A stretch of DNA of 64,000 nt from Phycisphaerae bacterium. GTDB taxonomy: Bacteria; Planctomycetota; Phycisphaerae; UBA1845. The position numbers and the translations under genes were made by a program. Below are positions 37,091 to 45,503 of the stretch, in pieces (positions within the stretch are counted from its first letter, which is position 1; each line of letters opens with the position of its first letter). Location of the stretch: NCBI GenBank assembly GCA_963666835.2, contig CAXXGO010000003.1, positions 256,001 through 320,000 of the forward strand, in the 5' to 3' direction. Under the pieces are notes generated by a model. That model made no database searches and was not told the origin of the DNA. It was given only the letters and a program-made list of their open reading frames with translations.

Positions 37091-38959
37091 ATGTCCGTTG
37101 GCCCATTTCTTCTTCTGTGGGGGGCGACACTCTGGGCGGTAAGCCCGCCCGTTGCGCGCGATAGCCCCGCGCCGGTGCGCTTCGTCGACGATGATGCCGG
37201 CGGGGCGAACGATGGAACGAGCTGGGAAGATGCGTTCACCGACCTTCAGGAGGCTCTGACCCGCGCCGAACCCGGATCACAGGTATGGGTGGCAGCGGGC
37301 GTGTATCGAGCGGGCGCGGATCGGACCGCAACCTTCGAACTCCGTGATGGCGTTGGGGTATTCGGGGGGTTCGCCGGGACTGAGGATCCCGAGTCCTTCC
37401 GACTGAGCGACCGCGATACGGCGGCTAACGAGACGGTGCTGCAGGGTGGGTTGATCGGAGGGGAGGCGAGCTACCACGTGGTCACTGCGGCCGGTGTCAA
37501 TTCCACGGCCACCCTGGATGGTTTCACGGTAACCGGCGGTCGCGCCGACGGGGCAAGTGCGTTTCGGCAGGATGTGGGCGGAGGCCTGTTGATCGGCGAC
37601 GCATCTCCGCGGATCGTCAACTGCACCTTCACCGCAAATGAGGCTGCCTGGGGAGGCGGCGCGTACATTGCCGGCGGAGCGCCCACTCTGCTCCATTGCC
37701 GGTTCGTTGGTAACCGTTCGATTGCATGCCAGCCATCGAATCCGCTTGCGAACCGCGGGGGCGCGGTCTACAGCACGGCGGGGGTAGACAGTGCCGCCCG
37801 CCCGGCATTTTACGGGTGCCTGTTTGTTGGAAACTCCGCCGGCGTCGGTTGTGGCGGACGCGGCGGAGCTATCTTCAACGAGGGGGCCGGCCATGTCAGG
37901 CTGTCCGGCTGCACGGTGACCGGCAATAGCGCGGACGACGACGGCGGCGGGATTGCGCTGATCAGCGGCTCCGTAAGTCTGTCAAACTCTGTCGTCTGGG
38001 GTAACCGCGACTCCGGTGGCGCGAATCGTTCGGCGCAGATCTTCGGCGCAGTGGCTGCGGAGTACACTTGCGTACAGGGTGGTTACCCGGGGACGGGGAA
38101 CATCACCGAGGATCCCCGGTTCACGGACGATAAGGGTCCGGACGGGATTCTCGGAACGGCCGATGATGACCTTCGTTTGGCCCCGGGGTCGCCATGTATA
38201 GACGCAGGTAACAACGCCCGCGTGCCGACGGACGAGACCGACCTGGATACTGACGGTAATACCGGTGAATCCCTCCCGTTAGATCTGGCAGGTGCCGCTC
38301 GGTTTGTTGACGATCCCGTCCGAGCGGATACCGGAACGGGGTCTCCCCCGATTGTGGATCTGGGAGCCTTCGAGTATCAGGCGGAGTGCCTGCTGCCGGC
38401 GGATTGCGACGACCAACTGAGCTGCAACGGCATCGAGGATTGCGTGGCCGGAACGTGTGTGCCGGGCGTTCCAGTTTCTTGCGATGACGGGGTGGAGTGC
38501 ACCGACGATGTTTGCGACGAGGGAACTGACGCCTGCGTGTTCACACCCAACGATGCCCTGTGCGACAATGGTGCATTCTGCGACGGGGCGGAGGTCTGCA
38601 ATTTGTCGGCCGGTTGTGTGGACGGGCCGGCCCCCGATTGCGATGACGGCAATCCGGATACCATCGATTCGTGTGACGAGGACACCGATATGTGCGTCAA
38701 CACGGTGGAGTGCATGCTCTACGACATGAACGGGGACGGCTTCCTGAGCATCGTCGGCGACGTCGGGACGTTCGTGCGGGTGGTATACGCCGGTGACTAC
38801 GAATGGTACGAGCAGCAGTTTCCGGGGAGAGATCCGATCTGTCGAGGCGACTGCAACTGCGATGGTGTCCTGAGCATCGCCGGTGACACCGCATGTTTCA
38901 CAAACTGCGTCTACTTCGGAGAATGTCCGGAGTGTGCCGATTGGTTCGACGCCCCGTAA
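37091..38959 (+). CDS. Secreted right-handed beta-helix protein with Cys-rich repeats and dockerin-like C-terminus
   Basis: Signal; FVDDDA...[20 protein letters not shown]/FxxN repeats; [11 protein letters not shown]...[21 protein letters not shown] / [14 protein letters not shown]. Confidence 0.85.
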   Translation: MSVGPFLLLWGATLWAVSPPVARDSPAPVRFVDDDAGGANDGTSWEDAFTDLQEALTRAEPGSQVWVAAGVYRAGADRTATFELRDGVGVFGGFAGTEDPESFRLSDRDTAANETVLQGGLIGGEASYHVVTAAGVNSTATLDGFTVTGGRADGASAFRQDVGGGLLIGDASPRIVNCTFTANEAAWGGGAYIAGGAPTLLHCRFVGNRSIACQPSNPLANRGGAVYSTAGVDSAARPAFYGCLFVGNSAGVGCGGRGGAIFNEGAGHVRLSGCTVTGNSADDDGGGIALISGSVSLSNSVVWGNRDSGGANRSAQIFGAVAAEYTCVQGGYPGTGNITEDPRFTDDKGPDGILGTADDDLRLAPGSPCIDAGNNARVPTDETDLDTDGNTGESLPLDLAGAARFVDDPVRADTGTGSPPIVDLGAFEYQAECLLPADCDDQLSCNGIEDCVAGTCVPGVPVSCDDGVECTDDVCDEGTDACVFTPNDALCDNGAFCDGAEVCNLSAGCVDGPAPDCDDGNPDTIDSCDEDTDMCVNTVECMLYDMNGDGFLSIVGDVGTFVRVVYAGDYEWYEQQFPGRDPICRGDCNCDGVLSIAGDTACFTNCVYFGECPECADWFDAP

Positions 38960-39142
38960 CGGCCTCGCCGGGGCATGATCGCCGCGACCTTTCTGCGCGA
39001 TTAGTTCGGTCGAACTTGCATCAGGCAAGGGAGAACCCGCCGGTTCGATCGCGGGGCGCCTGCACGGCTTCCTCCACGAGGCGCTACGGCATTCCACTTC
39101 TTCGGGAGGAGAAATAGCCCACGTAAGTCCGATATCGTTGAC

Positions 39143-41467
39143 ATGTCCAGGGGGTTCGGAGCAGATCGGCGTGTTCTTGTATTGGGCGTGCTGCTATTGG
39201 CGGCAGGTCTGTCGCGCGCCGAGCCTGTGATCTTCGTCGACGCCGAAGCTGCCGGGGGTGCGAATAACGGCGCAAGCTGGTGCGCGGCGTTCGTGGACCT
39301 TCAGGATGCTCTGCGTACAGCGGACGCAGCCGGTGGCGGGGTAATCGAAATCCGGGTCGCACAGGGGGTGTATCAACCGGACCTCGGCTTCGACCACACC
39401 CCGGGCGATCGCGAAGCATCGTTTGAGCTTATGAACGGTGTTGCACTTCGTGGAGGCTTCGCCGGGTGCGGCGCTGTCGACCCTGACGCGCGCGACGTTG
39501 CCTTGTACGAAACCGTGCTTAGCGGAGACTTGGCCGGCGACGATGACACCACGCTGGCCAGCAAAGCCGAAAACAGTTTCCACGTGGTTTCCGCCAACGA
39601 CGTGGATCGGACCGCGGTTCTCGATGGCTTCACCGTAACCGCCGGCAACGCCGACGGAGCCCATCCTCATTTCAGCGGCGGAGGCATGTACAACGTCGTC
39701 AGCGATCCTACAGTGGTCGACTGCACTTTTGCGCAGAACGCGGCCTCTTACGGCGGCGGGATATACAACCTCACGAGCAGCCCTGCGATTGTCGGGTGTG
39801 TTTTCCTGGGGAATATGACCACTCACGGCGGCGGAATGTGCAATCTGCTAAGCAGTGTGCCGGTGGTCACGCGATGCACCTTCATTGGGAATTCAGCTTC
39901 GTATGGTGGCGCGGTTTATCTCGACACCGGCAGCCCCGCCTTCCATGATTGCGATTTCCGCGGCAATCAGGCGATTCAGGGTGGGGCGGTCTTCAACGAC
40001 CATGCTGATCCGATGTTCACAGGTTGCCTGTATGTCGGCAATACCAGCTCGACAAGTGGAGGAGGGCTCTTCAATTACCGCGACGCCGGCGCCGAGTTTT
40101 TGGATTGCACCTTCGCAGCCAACATCGCGCCGAAAGGCACAGCGGTGGCGTGCGATTCCTGGCGGCAACTTTTCCCGGGAAGTCTGACGGTAACCAACAG
40201 CGTCCTGTGGGACGGCGGAAACGAAATCTGGAACAACGATGGATCATTGGTTGCCGTTTCCTTCAGCGACGTTCAAGGCGGCTGGCCGGGGAACGGCAAC
40301 ATCGACGCTGATCCCCGTTTTCTCGACGTGGACGGCGAGGACGACATTCTCGGCAACGCGGACGACAATGCGAGATTCGCGCCCGGCTCTCCGGCGATCG
40401 ATGCCGGTGATAATACCCGAGTGCCGGCGGACTTAGCCGACCAGGACGGTGACGGCGATACGAACGAACGGCTTCCTTTGGATCTCGACGGTAACCCGCG
40501 GTACATCGACAGTCTGGCCGTCTCGGATAGCGGGAGTGGGCTGTCGCCCCTTGTAGATCTCGGCGCCTATGAATACCAGGCAGTCTGCGACGAGGACGCG
40601 AATTGCACCGACGGGGTTTTCTGCAATGGGGCTGAGCTGTGTATTGACGGCGATTGCCAACCAAATGTCCCGGTTGATTGCGACGACGGGTTCTCTTGCA
40701 CATCTGATACGTGCGATGAAGAGAACGATGTCTGCGTACACATCCCCGACGACGGTTTGTGTGACAATCACCTCTACTGTGACGGCATCGAAGTCTGCGA
40801 CACCCATGCGGGTTGTGTTGACGGCGAAGATCCCGATTGCGGCGATGGAATAAGCTGCACCGTGGATACGTGCCAAGAGGATACGGATACTTGTCGCCAC
40901 GTTCCCGACGATACCTTGTGTGATAACGGCCTGTTTTGTGACGGCGTCGAATCGTGCGATGTCGAGCGTGATTGCATTGGCGGGGTGAGTGTCAATTGTG
41001 ACGATGGGGTCGACTGCACTGTGGATGTCTGCGATGAGGAGAACGACGCTTGCAGCTATGCTCCCGATGATGACAGTTGCGACAATGGTCTGTTCTGTGA
41101 CGGCAGCGAGGTATGCGACGCCTTGGCGGGCTGCATCGATGGAGCGGACCCGGATTGCGACGACGGGAATCCCTATACCGAAGATAGCTGCGATGAAGAC
41201 GCCGACGTTTGCGTCCACACAGAGGTTTGCCTTCTTTTCGATATGAACGGGGACGGCTATCTCAGCATAGTCGGGGATGTCGAACCGTTCTTTCGAGTCG
41301 TCTACTTCCGTGAATACGATTGGTATGAGCACGAGTATCCCGGTCGGGATCCGCTATGTGCGGGTGACTGTAATTGTGACGGAACCTTGAGCGTGAGCGG
41401 GGATACACCGTGCTTCACAGACTGCGTGTACTTCGGTGAGTGTATGGACTGTCGGATTGAGCCTTGA
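39143..41467 (+). CDS. Tandem paralog: secreted beta-helix protein with expanded 53-aa Cys-rich repeats and dockerin-like C-terminus
   Basis: Same architecture and motifs as 37091..38959; three full CDDGxxCTxDxC...CDNxLxCDGxExC units. Confidence 0.85.
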   Translation: MSRGFGADRRVLVLGVLLLAAGLSRAEPVIFVDAEAAGGANNGASWCAAFVDLQDALRTADAAGGGVIEIRVAQGVYQPDLGFDHTPGDREASFELMNGVALRGGFAGCGAVDPDARDVALYETVLSGDLAGDDDTTLASKAENSFHVVSANDVDRTAVLDGFTVTAGNADGAHPHFSGGGMYNVVSDPTVVDCTFAQNAASYGGGIYNLTSSPAIVGCVFLGNMTTHGGGMCNLLSSVPVVTRCTFIGNSASYGGAVYLDTGSPAFHDCDFRGNQAIQGGAVFNDHADPMFTGCLYVGNTSSTSGGGLFNYRDAGAEFLDCTFAANIAPKGTAVACDSWRQLFPGSLTVTNSVLWDGGNEIWNNDGSLVAVSFSDVQGGWPGNGNIDADPRFLDVDGEDDILGNADDNARFAPGSPAIDAGDNTRVPADLADQDGDGDTNERLPLDLDGNPRYIDSLAVSDSGSGLSPLVDLGAYEYQAVCDEDANCTDGVFCNGAELCIDGDCQPNVPVDCDDGFSCTSDTCDEENDVCVHIPDDGLCDNHLYCDGIEVCDTHAGCVDGEDPDCGDGISCTVDTCQEDTDTCRHVPDDTLCDNGLFCDGVESCDVERDCIGGVSVNCDDGVDCTVDVCDEENDACSYAPDDDSCDNGLFCDGSEVCDALAGCIDGADPDCDDGNPYTEDSCDEDADVCVHTEVCLLFDMNGDGYLSIVGDVEPFFRVVYFREYDWYEHEYPGRDPLCAGDCNCDGTLSVSGDTPCFTDCVYFGECMDCRIEP

Positions 41468-41519
41468 ACCAACGGGCAGCCCTGGACGAGTGGTTGCGAG
41501 ATCTACGAGGGAATAGACT

Positions 41520-43199
41520 ATGTGGCGCAAGGCAAAACGGCCCGGATTTGCGATCAGCTTGATGTGCGGGGTTGCTTTGACACCCGGCGCGTGGCCTGCT
41601 TGCTCAGTCGAGGGGGCCGACCCGACTTTTACGATCGGCGGGGCGGTCTATACGGACTTGGCGAATCCAATCAATAGCGGGCTGCCTGGCGTAACGGTAA
41701 AAGTCGAATGTGATGGCGGTTTCGTTGGGCAAGCTCTGACCGGGGACCCGCTCGGTATATGGCAGTTGGGCAGTGTGCCGCAAACTACCTGTACCATTAT
41801 TCCCGAGATGGGCTGCTCGGCCTTTGAGCATGTTTCGGACGGAGTTGGGGACGGACGCGATCAGACGACAATTGTTGTCAACCAGGCGCGCCTCGCGCAG
41901 AATCAGAGCGTTCAGTTTCTTGCTGGTGATGAGTCTGACGCCTGTGATGACAATGACGAATGCACGGATGACTCGTGCGTATCCGGAGTATGTGTTTACG
42001 TCAACAACACCGCTGCGTGCGATGACGAAGATCCGTGTACCGAGGACGACACGTGCTTGCTGGGGGTTTGCGAGGGTACGGCGATCGTTTGCCCGGACGG
42101 CCAGCGATGCGATCCGGCCGACGGAGTATGCCGGGCGTGCCTGATCGATGCTGACTGTGATGATGGCAATCCGTGTACCGATGATTCCTGTCACGAAGGT
42201 AACTGTAAACACGTTGATAACACCGAGCCATGTGACGATGGGGATTCTTGCACGAATAATGATCAATGCGCCGCGGGGGATTGCGGGGGATCGGCGGTCG
42301 ATTGTTCGTTTTTAGATGGCGTTTGCGTGTTCGGGGCGTGCAATCCGGCAACCGGAGCCTGCGAAACTCATTATGTCGCCGACGCTACCCCTTGCGATGA
42401 CGGCAACAACTGCACGGTGAACGATGTGTGTTTGCAAGGGCGGTGCGCGGGAACGGCGGACCCGAGTTGCATCGCCGTGACGCCTGCCGCAGGGGCGGAC
42501 TCCGATTCCGATGGCGTACTTGACAGTCTTGACGAATGCCCGGGTACCGCGCTGGGGCTATCGGTTGACGATAGAGGGTGCGCGTGTAGTCAACTGGATG
42601 ACGACAACGACGGAGTGGATAACTGCGACGACGAATGCCCACTCGACCCAATGAAATCCGCGCCGGGGCAGTGCGGCTGTGGAGAGGAGGACGCGGACGC
42701 CGACGCCGACGGTTTTGCGGATTGCGTGGACGATTGTCCGGCAAACCCGGACAAGATCGAACCGGGAGTCTGCGGTTGTTCCAGAAGCGACGAGGACTCC
42801 GACGGCGATGGTGTCTTGGACTGTGAAGATGGTTGCCCGGCGGATGAAACAAAGACCGCTCCGGGGGTCTGTGGCTGCGGCACGGCCGATGATGACCAAG
42901 ACTCCGATGGCGTACTTGATTGTCTTGACGAGTGCCTGAACACGAAACCGGGAGTGGCGGTTACAGAGAATGGGTGTCTTGATGAACTGCTGAGTCCGGC
43001 CGAGGTGCGGGAGGACGATGCACCGGTCCGTGACGTTTCGCGTACGGATAAGCCGCCCGAACAGTTGGAACAGAGCGAGGAGCCGGTTGCGGCCCAGAGA
43101 CTTCCCTCCCCATGCGGGGCGTGCGGATCGGTTGGAATGGTTTGTTGGTCGGCCATGTTGCTGGGGCTGATCGGGCTCAGAATCCGATCCCGCCGTTGA
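41520..43199 (+). CDS. Secreted Cys-rich protein with thrombospondin type-3-like repeats and C-terminal Cys-TM-basic sorting signal
   Basis: CDDxxxCTxDxC repeats; DSDxDGVLDxxDxCP repeats; ends PCGACGSVGMVCWSAMLLGLIGLRIRSRR. Confidence 0.82.
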   Translation: MWRKAKRPGFAISLMCGVALTPGAWPACSVEGADPTFTIGGAVYTDLANPINSGLPGVTVKVECDGGFVGQALTGDPLGIWQLGSVPQTTCTIIPEMGCSAFEHVSDGVGDGRDQTTIVVNQARLAQNQSVQFLAGDESDACDDNDECTDDSCVSGVCVYVNNTAACDDEDPCTEDDTCLLGVCEGTAIVCPDGQRCDPADGVCRACLIDADCDDGNPCTDDSCHEGNCKHVDNTEPCDDGDSCTNNDQCAAGDCGGSAVDCSFLDGVCVFGACNPATGACETHYVADATPCDDGNNCTVNDVCLQGRCAGTADPSCIAVTPAAGADSDSDGVLDSLDECPGTALGLSVDDRGCACSQLDDDNDGVDNCDDECPLDPMKSAPGQCGCGEEDADADADGFADCVDDCPANPDKIEPGVCGCSRSDEDSDGDGVLDCEDGCPADETKTAPGVCGCGTADDDQDSDGVLDCLDECLNTKPGVAVTENGCLDELLSPAEVREDDAPVRDVSRTDKPPEQLEQSEEPVAAQRLPSPCGACGSVGMVCWSAMLLGLIGLRIRSRR

Positions 43200-43431
43200 A
43201 GCCGGATCCGAACCGACCTCCGCTTGCCGCAGCACGGGGCACCTTTAGTGAACGGTCACAAGGCGTCTTAGTCTCGTTGTGTCGCCCTTCGGCGGTAGGT
43301 TCCGGCGCGTACGGAGGCAATGCTGTTCTCGTCAGAGATATCTGTTAGCTGCCCGACACCCGCGGATGCAAAGGGAGTGGTCCTTGTATCGAAGATCGCT
43401 AAGGCTGTAGGTTCGAGCGCGTGCGGAGGTC

Positions 43432-43764
43432 AGCCCGAAGGGCTGGAATACAGTAGCCGTGGGCAAGCGTAGCGTCGCCCACGGTTCTGGGTCTTATTGG
43501 CTGATTGACCCTGAAAGGGTCAAATGGGCGCCTGCTTGTTGGATTGCCTATAGGCTTCATCCATGGCGCAGACTTTGACGCGGCTGTTGCTGCACGTTGT
43601 GTTCTCGACGAACTACCAACCACAGCCTGAACGGGGAGTCTGCGTGTCCCATGCCATGCCGCAGTCGATGCGACACCTTTCAGGGTCGAATGGAATGTGT
43701 GGAGCCTCGGTCCGTGGGCGGCGCTACGCTTGCCCACGGCTACTTTCTTTCAGCCTTTCAGGCT
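43432..43764. mobile_element. Internally deleted RAYT/IS200-like element bounded by inverted REP-like arms
   Basis: 53-nt inverted arms (43432-43484 and 43712-43764, 47/53 identical), inner GACCCTGAAAGG hairpins, and a transposase N-terminal remnant between them. Confidence 0.8.
43563..43613 (+). pseudogene. N-terminal remnant of an IS200/IS605 (Y1/RAYT) transposase
   Basis: MAQTLTRLLLHVVFSTN resembles the MxQSLxxxxxHIVFSTK start of Y1 transposases; no HUH motif or catalytic Tyr follows. Confidence 0.7.
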
Positions 43765-43971
43765 AGGCAAGCGTTGACGGGATGGAGTCAGCCCTGACGC
43801 TCGAAGAGCAACTTCGGGGGTGGTCCGTGCCCGTTTCGCCCGTCTCTTCGCGCCGTCCGAGAACGGACCCCCTCTTCATCCGGGTTCTTACCCCATGAAC
43901 GTCTATCCTCTTGAATGGTTATCCGCCTCCAATATCAAAGCGGAGTGCCGGCGGCGGTAACCATCCGGGTC

Positions 43972-44712
43972 TTAGGAAGCACGACCGGTCCCCAGCCACG
44001 CTGCCCAATCCGGGCGGCCGTGGCGCTCGGCGGCAGCAGCGGCCGCGTGCCAATCGTAGGGGACCGCAACGTTCTCAACTAGCCACCCGGACTCTGTCTC
44101 GGAAAGAAGACTGTACCGAGCATGCGGGCTGCCGCCCTCGATGACATGGACGAAGGGCGCGTCGTCCGTATACGCCGGGCATCCGACGCTGCCCGGGTTT
44201 ACGATGATCCGCCCATCGGGCAGATTCACTACGGCCGGCGTGTGATCGTGACCGCACAACAACACCGGCTCCGACAAGTCTCGCAACCCCTCCGCCAATT
44301 GATCGGCCCCGCGGAGGAACACTCCGTCTTCGCGCACCTCTCGGAGCAGATACTCGTCATCCCGCTGGGGCGTGCCGTGAAACAAACGGAATCTGTCGAA
44401 GGCGACAAACGTCAAGGGAAGATGCTCCAACCACTGAAGGTGCCCCGGCTCGAGATTGTCTCTCGCAAACCGTACGGGCGGGGAGTCCGAATGCACCCCT
44501 GACGGATCCGTGATTGCCCGGTCTTCATTCCCGCAAACAGAGGGCAAGGCCATCGGAATAAGGACTTGCGCCGTTCCCGCCGGATCGAGCGGGCCGTACA
44601 GACTGTCTCCGAGGTTGACGAGGCGCCTGACCCCTCTCCGCGCGACATCGTCGAGAACCGCCTCCAGAGCCCAGCGGTTTCCGTGAATGTCGGAAAGAAT
44701 TGCCAGACGCAT
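43972..44712 (-). CDS. Calcineurin-like metallophosphoesterase
   Basis: SDIHGN, NLGD, GNED, FHG, CGHDH, NPGSVG. Confidence 0.9.
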   Translation of the reverse strand: MRLAILSDIHGNRWALEAVLDDVARRGVRRLVNLGDSLYGPLDPAGTAQVLIPMALPSVCGNEDRAITDPSGVHSDSPPVRFARDNLEPGHLQWLEHLPLTFVAFDRFRLFHGTPQRDDEYLLREVREDGVFLRGADQLAEGLRDLSEPVLLCGHDHTPAVVNLPDGRIIVNPGSVGCPAYTDDAPFVHVIEGGSPHARYSLLSETESGWLVENVAVPYDWHAAAAAAERHGRPDWAAWLGTGRAS

Positions 44713-45000
44713 GGCATACTCCCATAAACGTGAATCTCCATCAGTTCACCTACCTTAAGCACGATTCTCCCGCGACTTCGATGTCGCGTCAATATACTCG
44801 GAAGCGAGTCCGGTTACAGCGGGCTATTGAGCCGGACAGACGGAGGGAACGCGTTCTCGGCACTGGTTCGCCGCAAGGCGATCGTGTGACCGGCGGGCAT
44901 GAGCAAAACGAACGATACCCCATCCCGGCGTGCCGGAGTGGGGTATCGAGGTTTGGTGTATTCGGGCTAGTTCCTGTCGGGCAATCCCCGACTCGGCATA

Positions 45001-45180
45001 CTACGCCTCATCGAGCGCCTCGGCGGTCGCGGCGAAACTGTCGTCGACCGCGGAGCCGATCATCTGGACGGCAGCCAGGCAGGCCACAACAATCAGGGCG
45101 AGCATAACGGCGTATTCGGTCGCGGTAGGGCCATCTTCGGATTTAATGAAATGCGCGGCGGTCTTGATCAGGCTGCTCAT
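45001..45180 (-). CDS. flp: Flp family type IVb pilin (59 aa; not in ORF track)
   Basis: MSSLIKTAAHFIKSEDG|PTATEYAVMLALIVVACLAAVQMIGSAVDDSFAATAEALDEA; G|xxxxEY Flp motif; GAGGAG RBS. Confidence 0.9.
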   Translation of the reverse strand: MSSLIKTAAHFIKSEDGPTATEYAVMLALIVVACLAAVQMIGSAVDDSFAATAEALDEA

Positions 45181-45503
45181 AGTTGCTCCTCTTCCTCTCT
45201 TCTGTGACTGTCAGGTGGTAACGATTCAGAATTCGCCTCGCAGTGGCGTGTTCGACTCGTTCGCGGCTGACTCACCGATTGTGTTGCGGGTGGGCTGCGA
45301 TGCGTGCCTCGCGCCAGCAGGCTCTTGAGATTAGGCGGGTGAATCCCCGCAAGGCAAATGTGAATCCGAGATTCTGATCTCAAGTGAGCGGGAGGGCCAT
45401 CCGCGCGGACGATTATCGGGCAGGGTGATCGATATTCCCTCGAGCGGGCTTCCGCAAGAGAAGTAACTCAGGTGAACCGCCCGTCCCTGCCGTATTCCGT
45501 ACG

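Noticed and set aside
39030..39062. GGTTCGATC resembling a tRNA T-loop
   Set aside because: No cloverleaf, acceptor stem or anticodon arm can be built around it.
40580..42940. Possible CRISPR or DNA tandem array
   Set aside because: Repeats are degenerate at DNA level and correspond to in-frame Cys/Asp-rich protein repeats; no constant repeat-spacer pattern and no cas genes.
43815..43873. GGGGGTGGTCCGT...ACGGACCCCC imperfect inverted repeat
   Set aside because: Too short and degenerate to call as a repeat family from a single copy.
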